In this document: piece by piece, positions 12,951-26,778 of the stretch
Layout: every line of letters starts with the position of its first letter
Position numbering within the stretch: the stretch's first letter is position 1
Assembly (NCBI GenBank): GCA_000697335.1
Contig: JNEM01011893.1
Location: 1-41,320 of the forward strand
Origin: Conidiobolus incongruus B7586
Taxonomy: Eukaryota
Length of the DNA: 41,320 nucleotides
Reading direction: 5' to 3'
The notes under the pieces: model-generated
What the model was told of the DNA's origin: nothing
The model's database searches: none
Seen by the model: only the letters and a program-made list of their open reading frames with translations
Translations under genes and position numbers: made by a program

Positions 12951-14020
12951 ATGACTACTGTGTAAATCTCAATTTCCTATTGATCAAATAAATTTTATTT
13001 TAATTAATATTTGTTTTTTGGGTTTTAGTTCTAAGACTAACTGGGCCGAAGATATTGGTGAAGAAGAAGGTAATTCGAAAGTTACGAGATTTAGTTCAGT
13101 TTAAATTAAACTTTTTGGTTGTTAGACCGTTACCAAAATACCAGTTACACCGACGAAAATGGTTTACAAGTAATTATTGAATATAGAGAAAACGAAGATG
13201 GCAAAAAAGTTAAAGTAATTTTGGTTTCTTAATTACAATTAAATTATATTCATTTGTAATATTTAATAATTTAGATTACTCGTAAAATTCAAAAAATTTT
13301 AAAGAAAGAAAAGGTTAACCATGCTGTCGCCGAAAGAAAAGTAATATTACTATAAGTCTTAATTTCAACTGAATTGGGTTTATTTAACTTGACATAATCT
13401 AGAAATGGGCTAAATTCGGTGATGAAAAAGGTAATAAGCCCGGTCCCGATACTAGAACTACCAGTGTTGGTGAAGTGATCACCCTTAAATTAGCTCTCAA
13501 TATTGGAGGTGAAAACAACGACGAAGATCCCGATGCTAAGCTCAAAGAATCCCTCAAGGGTCGTAAGATTCTCTGCCGTATCTGTAAAGGAGATCACTTT
13601 ACCACCAAGTGTCCTTACAAGGATACTCTTCAACCCATGGACGAAATTACTTCCAGCCCCGGATCCACCAAACCTGCCTCCCCCGCCGAACCCAATCCCA
13701 CTGGCAAATACATTCCCGCTCACCGTCGCGCCAACGCCCAAGCCTCCACCACAGACAGTCCCCGCGACCGTCGTGACGACTCCATCACGTTGCGTGTCAC
13801 CAACATCTCTGAAGATGCTCGTGAAACCGATATCCACGCTCTTTTCCGCAAATTTGGACAACTTACTCGTGTCTTCGTCGCCAAGGATCACGATACTGGA
13901 CTCTGCAAGGGTTACGCTTTCGTATCTTTTGACAGAAGGGATGATGCTCAAAAGGCTTTGGATCACCTCAATGGTTTTGGTTACGACAACTTAATCTTGA
14001 GAGTTGAATGGGCTAAATAA
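12951..14020 (+). CDS. TIF35: Translation initiation factor eIF3 subunit g (zinc knuckle + RRM)
   Basis: 5 exons giving MTTVSKTNWAED, VAERKKWAKFG, CRICKGDHFTTKCPY and a C-terminal RRM LRVTNISED...KGYAFVSF...LILRVEWAK. Confidence 0.93.
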
Positions 14021-14127
14021 GTTGTTACATTTAATACCATCATAAACTTCATATTTACCTAATATTTATTCTATTATTTCCTATTATAACTTATTTATCA
14101 TAAATTATGTTTATAAAATGGTTTTCA

Positions 14128-14129
<2 letters not shown>

Positions 14130-14167
<38 letters not shown>
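14130..14167. repeat. (TTA)n microsatellite, about 12 units
   Basis: Directly visible tandem TTA run downstream of eIF3g. Confidence 0.9.
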
Positions 14168-14742
14168 GTAATCATAATTACTCATTACATTTATAAGTGT
14201 TAAATAGAATCAGTTACCCTTCTCCCATATTTAATCAATTACTAAAATCTACAATATTAAGATTGAATATTATCTTATATTTATTAGATGTAGAGTTAAG
14301 TTATCAAAAAATTTTAACCTAGTTGTAAATAATAGTTATTATTTGAATTTAAACTAAAAATTCCAAATTATCTGATAACTTTAATTATTTTAAAAAAGAA
14401 TTAATTCAATTTCAAATTATTTCATAATATGGCACTAAATTAAAGGTATATCATATAAAATTATTCATTTGTACAGAAATTAAATAATATTTTATATTAA
14501 TTTTTGAATTATTCATTTTAAATTTATTATTTAATTTATAAATCAATATTTAAAATTTATATATAATAAACAGAGTGATGAATTATAATAAAATATAATA
14601 TTATTAGGTGTTAATATTTCAAGTCAAGAGTATAGTATATTTATTGCATTAAAATGATAATTGAATTTAGCAATAATTAAAATTTAAACATTATTTCGAA
14701 TTTAATTTATATTACAAAATTAATTATCAAATTTTTTCTAAA

Positions 14743-14744
<2 letters not shown>

Positions 14745-14779
<35 letters not shown>

Positions 14780-14782
14780 ATA
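14745..14782. repeat. (AT)n microsatellite with one interruption
   Basis: Directly visible AT dinucleotide run. Confidence 0.85.
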
Positions 14783-17700
14783 TTCGTTTTAATTTTTTGG
14801 TAATATTTTCAAATACTTGTTTATTAGAGGTATTATTTAATAGAAAATATATCAAATCCTGAGATAATTTATACATTAATGTGAATCATTGATACAGTTA
14901 TTGGCTAAAGTAATTAATGAAAAGTTGTTTTATGAAAATTAATTTTATTTTGTTCAGGTAAAAGATGATAGGAAATTATGTTCTCGATTAGTTATATTCA
15001 GTTGTTAAATTTATATTTATGAGTAATGACCAATTCCAAGAACTGTTATTGAAATATAATTAATATTGAATAGTATAAGATGCTCAGATTAAATCACTTA
15101 CATAATCAGGTTTAATTTGAATCCAGCCATGATTATGGTTATCCAAACTCCTGAAAGAATCCGTCAGGGATTTGACAGTGAAATAAGCTTCAATAAATAT
15201 ATCAAAGATGATTTGACCATTACCTATATTATAGAATAAATTATACAAGAACATCTTATATCTTAATATACATTAACAATCAATAACAAACATTCCAACT
15301 TTGGCAAATTTTCTAATAATTGGTTTTGTAATTTTGCCGGGAATATTGTAACCAAAAACTTCGAAAACGCTTTGGAGCTAGTTAGCATTGATAGACTCTA
15401 TTTGTCCATATTACAGCTTTAGAAACTTTGCTTCCATTGTCTGATATATCACCATAGAGAAATAAATTTGTGAAATTCAAATTTATTAATATGATTCTAA
15501 TTGAATATAATTAAAATTAAATATTAGCTTATAATTGAACCTGCCAAAAGTTGATCAAGCTTTTGCTCTTTTTTAGATCCTGTATAAAATCCAAAGACCT
15601 TAAGAGGGCAAGCCTCAATATTAATCGTGAAAGACTGGCTTAATTAATTGTTAAATAGTAACAATATATATAATATTTAGGGTATTTGAAAATCATATTT
15701 AATCCCAGGTTGATAAATAAATATTCATATTTTTTATAGGTTTTGTCTAGATGATAATTGTTTTAAATAATTATTATTTATTAAGGGTATTCTTTTGTTT
15801 TATTAAATAAGATTAGATTAAATTAATAATAAGATTATTTAAACAACAATTCTATCTATTTACTCCAATATATATAATATTAATTTTAAATATTTTCTTT
15901 TGAATCTCAAAAAATAAATAAATTATTCAATAATTATTTTAAGAAATATATTTTATATATTATTTAAAAGGTATTCAATTTGTTTTTGGATTGTAATTTT
16001 ATTAAATAAATTTTTCAAATTAATCTATATAATAGCTTGTTAAAATAATTAAATTCTATTAATATTATGTTTTCCTTATAATATATTACAAGAATAAATC
16101 ACTTGTAATATATATTTATAAATTATGATTTATAGTTATAATTTTTTTCAAATATATTATATATAAAGCTTTATTCTAGTTCTTTAATTTTATTGATATT
16201 AAGATATAAAATATATAATCTTTAAACTTTGTTTTTTGATATTATAATTTAAATTTAATTATTTATTAATTATTATTGATTAAATTACTTATTTTATAAT
16301 AAATATCATAAAATATTAGCCTTTTTTATAGTCAATAGATAGCAATTAATACTGATATTCTTTAATTATAATTCAAATTAATTTTAAAATAAAAAAGAAA
16401 ATGATATATTTTTAAAAAAAATTATTAATTATTATATATTAAATAAAATATAATTGTTAAGAGACTAATTCTCTAAATTCTTATATATATTTCTATATAA
16501 TTCAATTAACTATAAATTATATGATTAATTTATACTTTTATAGCTAAATTAATTATATAAATAGCATTGAATCATTTAATAAACAAGGTTCCTCTTTCTC
16601 TTCTTAAATCTTACTATTTTTCATCTCTTCTATTAATTCTAAGATTGAGACTATATTTTGTTGATATTATAATTTTATAATGAGATTCATTAAGGGTATT
16701 AATATCAGCTCTAATATTTTACCATAATGGTTAGAAATATAAATAACTATGTGATTTACAACTCTAAGGGCTATAAGGACCAATTGGGTCATAATAGCCA
16801 TCTGATTAGGTTTATTATAAGGGATTAACTATAAATTAAGCAGATTAGAACAAATAAGAGACATATTATAAAATTATGTAATAGTGAGTAAAAATAAATA
16901 AGAAAAGGAATTATAGTAAATGGATTTTATTATTCAGATAAATAATATGATATAACTAGTGATAAGTTGGTGGGTGATTTCAACAACACTAAGGTAGAGG
17001 TGTTACACTTAGAAGTGATAGATATGGAAGAGGATAATTGGTAATAGAATTGTAATTTTAAATATGAACCAAAAATCAAGCTTGTATAATGGAAGCTACT
17101 AGTATATTTAAAGGTATTTTAAGAATTTACAAAGGTATGGCTATATAATATGTGTCCTTATGATGGTTCACGGGACTGGTTCCTTAATCTTATTTATCTG
17201 AGGGAACAGGATGTGACAAATATATTGGCACTACCTAATATAACCCTAATATATCAGTGACTCATCTGTGTTCGAAGCTTAATTAAACTTGGTTTATATT
17301 TCCACGCTATATTGTCACGTTCCGTGCCACGCTACTTTATATTAAGTCTTCCTCTGCACTATATCAGTTTAACTACCACTACACTTACAATAATGTTTTT
17401 AATATTTATTTGTGTTTATTCTTTAAATAATTAAAATTTCAATATTTGTTCTATAGTATTATTAAAAAAATTATAATTTTCAATCTTAGAGATATATTAA
17501 GCATAATTTATTTAATTTTCCTAAATCATTTTATTAATATTTCAATTTTAATATTATGAAACATAATTTCTTTTATTGTTTTTTATTTTCTTTTGTTTAT
17601 TATTGATTTTATAGTAATATATTGTATAATTTTGTACCAAATACGTTTTATTATTATTTGGTATAAAATAACTCTAAACTATAAAAGGAATATTCAAAAG

Positions 17701-19494
17701 CTCCCTTGTCAAATTTTATTTTTTTGGTAATTTAACATATATTATAATTATAATATCATTTTATTTGAACTAAATTAAAAAAATTATTATAAGTAAAACT
17801 CAGTTTATAAGTAATATTAACTTTCAAGATAATTATATTATAAATGTTTCTTATAAACTTTCAAAGCAATATTGTTTATAAAATGTTTATTTAAGCGATA
17901 GTTAAATATTAAAGAATATATTGAAAAATAATAGAATATGATTTTTTTTCCTTATTTTATATTCATTAAATATGAATCTGTAATTGTTCAATGATTTGAT
18001 TTATTTGAATTTATTAAATTTAAATATTATTTGAATATCATTTGAAACATACTCAGAATTGTTTGTATTTGTATAATAACAATATCGTATTTGATGTTGT
18101 ACTGTTAGAAACTAATTACTATTGTAAAATAATAATGAGGTATTGGTATAGCAAGCGATAGTATATCTAGGCTTGGATTAAATTTTGATAGGTGTGTTTA
18201 AAACCAGTAGACATTCTGGGAATGGCATTCAATTGATCATTATATTTCAACATTGCAATCATAACCTATGATTAACAAATGAAAACATCAAAACAACCAA
18301 TATAATTTTAAAGTTTCGTCTGCATAGAAAAAAATCAAACATACAAGTGTTTGTGATTGTATTAATATTTATTGATTTCTATTCACAAAAATTTTATTTT
18401 CTCAAATATGTTACAACATAGAAAATATACTATATATCAATTTTAGCCAATAGGATGGTCTGATATTTGATCTTTTTTGAATATTTAACATATTCACTAA
18501 TTGTCATTATAAATTTATTAACCATCGAATCATTTCTAATTGATTCGAATTTATGCTAATAAATTATTATCAAAATTTTAAATTATAAATTACAAAAAAC
18601 AATTTTATAAAAAAAGAAAATTTTATTAATAATTGAAAAAACGCAATCTAGTGATACGAGAGTCAAGGCTAAAAATTAATTTGATTCGAATTCAGAACAA
18701 ACGATTCTAATAATGGAGTTAGTAAAGAGACAAACAAACAGTTATTTACCTCATAGTCAATAAGAGATATACTAATACAACTGAGTAAGCTTACAGATTC
18801 AACAAATAATTATAATCAAAATTAAAAGAATATTAACAATTTAAAAATGGAAGTTGAGTACTTGGTAATTAATCACTTGCTTGGCAAGGTACTTAACTGG
18901 CCATGTTCGATCAGGTCCTACATCGTACAATAGAGCTATAATTGATGATACTTCAATGAAGTCATATTTGATTTCATTGATAGGTAATTATCCTCTTAAC
19001 TTCGGCTTTATACTAATGTCAACATCATTAAAATGATTATTATATATTTTTTCTTCAAAATGGGATATTTTTCAAAAATTTACAAATTCAATTCAATGTT
19101 TTATAATGCATACTTTAACTATACAATTATGAAAAGTGACCGCTTTTAAAAAAGTGAATAAAAACTTCAGTATGGAGAAGTTACTAGACAAATATCTCTG
19201 TTAATCATTCAAATGATGTAATTATTGAATCCATAATTCAACCAATCAAAGTATAAAATTTTACAAGTTGATTACATCAGTATTAAATTGTATTAATTAT
19301 TATTTGATAATTGTTTACTTTAATTGACTGATCAAAATATAATCTTTGTTCAGATTTTTAAAAAATGAAGGGTATAACCTCAAATCGAATATATAAATTT
19401 TTTAATTATTTAAATGATATATATAATATATATAGGTTTAGACTATATCTTATAATGATATTCAATTTATTGGATTTGGAGGTTGAAATACAAG

Positions 19495-21030
19495 TTAAAT
19501 ATTATTTTGAACCCTTCTTTTGGCGATTGTGACTTGATGATTCCAATTGGTCATAAATACAACTATAAGCTGACCAAGAGATCCAAGTAGATGGAATACG
19601 CTCAAACCGATATAAAGACCTATTAGACCTAGATCCATTGAGAATGCAAGTGTATAGCCCAGTGGAAGCCCGATCAAATACCCAGTTACCAAATGAATTT
19701 TAGCAGCTAAACCCTGACGCCCTTGACCTCTTAAAATTCCTGATGCCACATTGTTAATAGATCTAAACACGAAATGAACTGCAATATATTTGATAATAAA
19801 TTGACATATTTCAATAACTGCTGGATCAGATGTGAATAATTTGATAAAGTTTAAAGAATTTAATTGAGTCCAAAGCCATCCAAATATCCCTAAAACTGTA
19901 GCAAATATGATTGTTGTTATGGAGGTAATATTTGCCATTTTGGAATGTCCCGATCCTAATAAATTCCCTATTCTAATTGTAGCAGCAGCTTGAAGGCCTA
20001 TGACGATCATGGGTTAAAACTAAATTGAATTGACAGTAAGATTATATTTACCTAAGCACATCAAAACACAAATCGAAAAACAGCTATTGATCACACTTTG
20101 AGCACCTAAAGCTTGTGGACCCAAATAGGAGGCGAATAATGTAAAGCATTCAATACACCAAAGTTCAGCAGTAGTCAATAGCATGCCGCCAGCGCCAAGG
20201 CTCAAGAATTCTTTATAACCTTTGAAAGATCTACTACTGAAAGGCACCCAATGATTAAAACCACCACTCCAATAGCCCAATGCAATCAGGATTACAACCG
20301 AAATAATCAAATTGACAGTGGTCACAAATGGAACAACCAGTATAGGATCCTTCAAAATATCCCACCAAATGACCAATTTTAACAAAATAAATTGCAAAGG
20401 TGTCAACAGTATGGAACTAATGAAGTACGGAAGAACTATTCCCTGACTTGTTAAAAATGCTCTAATATTGTGGAATGTAACCAACGGGTAGCATATCAGA
20501 CCAATGAATTTAGTGAACCGGCCTCCCAGTTCCGCAATTTCCGGTGTTTGTCCAAGATAGAGGGCTATTGTTTCAAATTGCCATAGTACTATTGTACATG
20601 GGATCAGGGCTAAACTAGCAATTATAATTGCTCGTTGTAAATATATTGATGGTAATTCTTTGGAAGCATGAGGATTGGTATAAGCTTGAGAAATGAGAGT
20701 ATCAAGTGCTGTCATTAAACCCATAAGAGGTGTTATAGTTGTAACACCTAAATAACTCATAGATAAAGTGGCTGCTGCAAGTGCTTCAGTACCAATTTTG
20801 CCTAGGTAGCTCATGCTTACAATATTGAGGCCTCCAAGCATCATCATAGATAATGTGAGTGGTAAAGTTAATCTTGCTAGTTGAATAACTTGATTTGTTA
20901 CACTTTTCAAAGTAACATGCTCTATTGGTAAATCTGTGGTAGATTGATTAGGAGTTGGTAATAATGGCTGAGTTTCCGACGGAATCACTTGAAGTGCAGG
21001 GGTCCCAGCTGGATTATTATTTGAATTCAT
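19495..21030 (-). CDS. MATE-family multidrug/toxin efflux transporter
   Basis: Two ORFs joined by a 54-nt intron (20051..19998). Motifs LGKIGTEALAAA, GLMTALDTLISQAY, LGAQS, AATIRIGNLLG, SGILRGQGRQ and LIGLPLGYTLAF. Confidence 0.9.
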
Positions 21031-23143
21031 AGTTTTATTTCCAGATCATAAAATTAATAAAAGAATAATTCAAACAATTTAGTGCTTTTAAATTTACTAG
21101 ACTTCAAAAATAAAAAGAGTAAAGCTTAAATTGAATAATAATTAATATTCTTTTAGAAAAATAAAGCACCTTATATTTAATTCAACTTAAACAAATTAGT
21201 ATAAGATTACTAATTCTAAAATTTTTCATTCCGATCTTGTTATACTTCAACTCATTAGTATTTATACTTTTCCCAACTGATCAGGGACGCTTATTATGTT
21301 TCTCAATTCATTTAATTACAATCAAACCACTTTATCACTGAATCATAATTTGAGAAATCTAGTAATAAGTTTAAGAGATAGTGTCATTAATTTATTGATA
21401 GTATTACGAATATTCTACTGATAAATTGAGTGGATTTATTTGATTATTTTCAGACTCTTATGCTAATCTTGAAAATGAGGTCAATTTTGAATCATTTGAT
21501 AGTGATTTATTTAATTCGGAATCTACAAATTGATGAAAATATCCGAATAAAACTTTATATTCAATCAATATAACTGATAATAGTTATATTGAAATACTGC
21601 AGATATTTTTAAAAATAGAAAAATTTAAAGGTTTTTGGATTAATAGAGCTAGATTCTATGGTATATACTCTAATTATGATCTAATTAAACCTATTTTTTA
21701 GCACTTGACTGTTCATTGTAAGATTATACTCATAGCAACTTATTAGCAACATTAGTCCAATCGAAAGTTTTTACCTACATAGTTACACAAAAAGTATTAA
21801 TTGATAATTAATCTTGCTTAGAATAAATTTTTGAAATGATAAATAATAACATGTAAATTAGAAATTGTTTAGTGTTATTATATTGTGATGATTTAATTTA
21901 TGTAAACAGAAAATCATTAAAAATATTTAATAATTATACAAGAGTTTAAAATAGGTTGAAGGAGCCAAATTCTGATTTTAATTAAATAACCAAATTCTAT
22001 TTAATTTCAAATTAATGTTGAATAATAATTGACAACTTGGAAAAATTTATTGCATATTGAAAATTCAAGGCATCGGCTCTTGTTCAATAAAAATAGTATC
22101 CAACTTTATATTAATTATAATACTATAATTGATTAGTTTAAAATCATAAATTTTGTTGAGTTATCAAAAAAAGTGTAAAATATGCTAATTATCCTATAGC
22201 TAAAAAATAATATATGAAACAATAAAAATATTGTACTTGAAATATTTCCTAATTTTCCCAAACTATATAATAAAGCTTATTATTTAGAAGATGATATTTT
22301 TGGATAATTATTATATTGTATAATTATTGAAATAAATAAAAAATTGAATTCTATTTATAGAGTAATATTTTGATAATTTGATATGGTTGAATTGTCACTC
22401 TGAAAAATTTATTAATCTGTTGTAAATAATTAATGAAAAATTATCAATAATTTAACAGTATTTATACCTATAAAATTGTAGAAATTTAATAATACTTTTA
22501 ATACTCATCAATCTTGTCAAAATTTATATACAGAATTGAAATTACAAAAATTATGCTACTGGATCATTTGGTTCAGTGTATATTATAAGATGAAATTTTT
22601 ATATTAAAAATATGAAATTGAATAATATATAAATTTAATTATAAAATGAGTGTATCAGCAATACCATGAAGAAAAATTGTTATAATTTTAAATTGATTAT
22701 AATAATAAAAATTTTATTATCCATATCACCATTACATACATATTTTTTAAAATTGAATAATATGATTAAATTAAACATTAGTATTAAAACTTAAATATTT
22801 TTTGAATAATAATTGTACAAATAAACAAGTAAACCGAAGAATATAATGATTTAATGATGGATGGAACAAATAAGATGAATTTGAAATATTATAATAATAA
22901 AATTGTAGATGAAAGAAATACTTTAGTAAAAAACTTTTTCATATACAGTTCAGAAATAAATATTTAATTGTGATATACATGAAGGCTTAATTAATTGAGT
23001 GTTAATAAAATTTTCAGTTAAGAAAATATAATATGAAATATTATTAAAAACTTTTTCAATTTAATAAAAAAATTATAGCGGAAAGATATATAATAAGGGG
23101 TAAAAGGAATTTATCAAAAAAGATAATTGGAAAAAAATTTTGA

Positions 23144-23225
23144 TGAACAGAGAGAGGTTCGAACTCTCGCCTCCGAAGAGACCACGGCCTTAACGTGGCG
23201 CCTTAGACCACTCGGCCATCTGTCC
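23144..23225 (-). tRNA. tRNA-Leu, anticodon AAG
   Basis: rc GGACAGATGGCCGAGTGGTCTAAGGCGCCACG-TTAAGGC-CGTGGTCTCTTCGGAGGCGAGAGTTCGAACCTCTCTCTGTTCA folds as a cloverleaf with a long variable arm and A/B boxes. A T7 Pol III terminator lies at 23137-23131. Confidence 0.95.
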
Positions 23226-23278
23226 ATATCCAATTTCTCTAAACTCCATATTCAATCTAAAAAAGGTTAACAAATCAA

Positions 23279-23288
23279 ATTATGGGAT
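23279..23288 (-). promoter_or_regulatory. Candidate promoter motif ATCCCATAAT
   Basis: In the divergent tRNA-Leu/PRE8 intergenic region. Confidence 0.5.
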
Positions 23289-23537
23289 CATTATTGAAAT
23301 AATAAATCTTGTCAACGTCAGCAGTGCCAACTATAAAAATTTCACAATTCTTGTTGATCCAAATTTTTAAATACTACTTTCTTTATTAAATCAATTATAA
23401 ATTTTCAATATTAAATAACAATCAATATTAAATTCAAATATTATAATATTAATTATTTAAAAATTTTATTGAACATTTACTCACTTCAACAGTATAGTTA
23501 TCAAATTCATTTATTATTCAAAATTTAAATATATAAT

Positions 23538-24341
23538 ATGTCGGAAAGATATAACTTCTCTTTAACTACTTTCTCTCCAAATGGTAAATTGGGTCAAATT
23601 GAACACGCTTTAACCGCTGTTAACAAGGGTGTAACAGCTGTCGGTATTAAATGTAATTTATATGAGATTATCTACTTACATTTTTATACTAATTCTTTAA
23701 ATTTAGCAACTAACGGAGTAGTCATTGCTACCGAAAAGAAAGCTACATCAACATTAGTTGACAATTCCTCATTAGAAAAAGTAAGTCATGTATGTCAATC
23801 TATTGGTATTGTCTATTCTGGTATGGGACCCGACGCCAGAGTTTTAGTTTCCAAAGCTAGAAAATTGGCTCAGGCCTATCGTCGTGTGTATATGGAAGAT
23901 CCTCCCAACAATATTTTAGTCAAGGAGATTGCCAATGTTATGCAGGAGTATACCCAATCCGGAGGTGTCCGTCCTTTCGGTGTCAGTTTATTAGTTGCCG
24001 GTTACGATGAGAAGGGACCTACCTTGTACCAAGTCGATCCTTCAGGCTCCTACTACCCTTGGAAAGCTACCGCCATCGGTAAGAATATGGTCAGTGCCAA
24101 GACTTTCCTCGAGAAGCGTTTTAACGACGAGATGGAATTGGAAGATGCCGTTCACACCGCTATTTTAACCCTCAAGGAAGGTTTCGAAGGTCAATTAACA
24201 GAACATACCATCGAGATCGGTATCATTGGCGAAAATACGGTGGAAAGACAGACCTTTTCTGGATACGGTTTCCATTCAGGTCCTAGTTTTAGAAAGTTGA
24301 CACCTAATGAAATTAAGGATTACTTGGCTAATATCGCTTAA
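23538..24341 (+). CDS. PRE8: 20S proteasome subunit alpha-2
   Basis: [32 protein letters not shown] and [17 protein letters not shown]. One 54-nt intron (23653-23706) is read through by the ORF track. Confidence 0.95.
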   Translation: MSERYNFSLTTFSPNGKLGQIEHALTAVNKGVTAVGIKCNLYEIIYLHFYTNSLNLATNGVVIATEKKATSTLVDNSSLEKVSHVCQSIGIVYSGMGPDARVLVSKARKLAQAYRRVYMEDPPNNILVKEIANVMQEYTQSGGVRPFGVSLLVAGYDEKGPTLYQVDPSGSYYPWKATAIGKNMVSAKTFLEKRFNDEMELEDAVHTAILTLKEGFEGQLTEHTIEIGIIGENTVERQTFSGYGFHSGPSFRKLTPNEIKDYLANIA

Positions 24342-25031
24342 ATAAGGGAATTATTTTATTACTTGGGTTTCATTTTTTATATAAATATTAATTTTAATGA
24401 GTTTTTTCTTTTATCAATATTTCTAATTGTTTTTATTAATGTTAAGAAATCCACAACTTCAATTTATTAAAATACTTCAACAAAATTTATATTATTAACA
24501 CACATTTCAATGAATTAGATTTAGTATTAAAATTTTATTAGTTATCTATACAATTAATAAACCAAAAATTTTTAATTAACATTTAGAAATCATCATTTTG
24601 ACTGATGTTTCATCAATATTTTGTTAGTAACTATAATTAAAGCTTATCTAAAAGAAATAATTCATTCAAATTTATTTTAAACATTTTAAATTTATAATAT
24701 TTTGATCAACCTGATTAATTTTAAATACTACATGATAACACTATAAGATGAAAAAAGATAAATAACATTTTTTATATTTATCTCATTATATTAATTCAAT
24801 TTAAACAATTAATTCAACAAATTTTTATTTTAATATTAGTTTTAAAAATATTATATGGATTTTCAATTATTTGATATTAAAAATTTGAAATTTTATCAAT
24901 ATTTGTGAAGCATATTAAAAATGGTATTAGAACAAGGGTTAAAATGAAATATATTTTAGTGATTCTAGGTGATAAAATAATAATTTATTAAATCGATTGA
25001 TACTTGAAAAGAATTACCTCATATAAATAAA

Positions 25032-25873
25032 TTATCCCAATCGAATACAATCTTGATCCGACTCATTATCTGGAGTAAATTGCTGAGATTCTGAAAATGC
25101 TTGCTTAGCAGTTGGCGTCTTCTTCTCCAATTTCTCTAAATCATTCAAAATAATTTCAGCTTCCTTGAGCGGTTGAACGGTTTCCTTATTTCCAAATCCT
25201 AACCAACTGAGCCAGCCTGTCGAATTCGGCACTTGTGTATGTTGCTTGGATAATGTATTCAATAATTGTATATTCAACTTGTTCAGCTCTACCAAATGAT
25301 CAATTTGCGATTGCAGTTCATTCAGCTGGTCCTTGAGTAGCTTTTTGTCGTCTTCGATCTGCTCAATGAACCCCTGGACATCTTCTAAAGCGGTGTCTAC
25401 CATAGTCTTCCTCTTGCTGGCATTCCTTTGTGATCTTACCGTTTCAAACGCGATAGCGCCAATTGCTACAGCAAATAGCAAGGTCTCACCAATGAAATTG
25501 GCACCCATTTCAACAGCTCTAAATCAATATAAGACACTTTAAATACTATATAGAATAACTTAGTTTACTTGGCTTCTGACAATGGTCTAATTCTCTCCTT
25601 TTCATATCCTAAAAACCTCATTTTCAATTGCATTTCCCACTTATGAGTAGTCTACTTCCGATTATTAATAATAAATTTCAAATAATATAAATTATAATTA
25701 CTTGAGCGACTGAAACACAAAATTTTTTAAAGTTTGGATTATTTTTAGTTTGATTTTTAATAGACGTAACCACTATCAAAAGTTAATATTCTATATATTA
25801 ATCAATATCTAGTGAATATACCTGGTTTGGCCAAAGTCTTCACCAATAGTGTACCAATTTTAATCGTTGCCAT
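25032..25873 (-). CDS. OPA3-like mitochondrial protein
   Basis: 4 exons give MATIKIGTLLVKTLAKPVV...FKKFCVSVAQ...IRPLSEAKAVEMGANFIGETLLFAVA followed by a coiled-coil region, typical of the OPA3 family. Confidence 0.85.
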
Positions 25874-26778
25874 TATTTATTATTAATTTTTAATAATTTT
25901 TCATATAATTATTTTTTGATTGTTTTATAATTTTTTTGAATTGGTTTTTTTTTCATTTAGTGACGATTCAAATTTAATTTGAAATTGATATACTTGATTT
26001 TATGGGTTTTTGATTTTCGGATATTCTTGGTGACAATTGATATTCCGATTATACTTTTTGTTAAGTTATTTTAATTTAATTACTTTTATTATGTTAATAA
26101 TTTAAATTTTTAAAACAAATTAGAAAATATCCTTTATAAGGTATTGTGTATTTTTGCAAAGCAATAAATTAATTTTTTAATATAAATATTTTGATTTAGG
26201 GTAAACTATAAGAATTTTATGTCAATTTATAGTACTTTTATATATTAAACTTGTTCAATAAATATGGTATTCAATACAAAATACTTCAACCAATATAACA
26301 TATTCCAGAAGTGATTAATTTAAGATTATATATCTCTATAGCTCATTATAAACATTTATTTTATTTACAAGATCATTTTGATCTTGAAAATGATATATCA
26401 ATTAATTAGATCAATTATATTATTCAAAATTTATCCATATTCATATCAATAATACATTGATATTATGTCCATAATGTGCTGATAAAAATTGGTGAATTTT
26501 CTCAAAATTAACATTCATAATCTGAATATTGAATGAAAAATCTATCTTATTTTCAAAGGATTGATTCCACACACTCTAACTCTTCTTAGTTACATCACTC
26601 TACAGCTTACTACACGTAATATTTATAAACTATATTAATTAGCATTACCTTAGGTTATTAAAAATCACGGAAGATGACCTAATTAATATTTCAAAATAAA
26701 TTTGTATATTTAGATAAAGTAAAAGAAAATATAATCAATACAATTTAATTTACTAATGTAAATATTGAATATTATAGA

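Noticed and set aside
11812..13994. ORFs 11812-12000(-), 13490-13966(-) and 13503-13994(+)
   Set aside because: Antisense or alternative-frame shadows of DENR and GC-rich eIF3g exons, explained by codon bias.
23781..23786. GTAAGT inside PRE8 as a second intron donor
   Set aside because: It lies within continuous conserved coding sequence (KVSHV), so no intron is needed.
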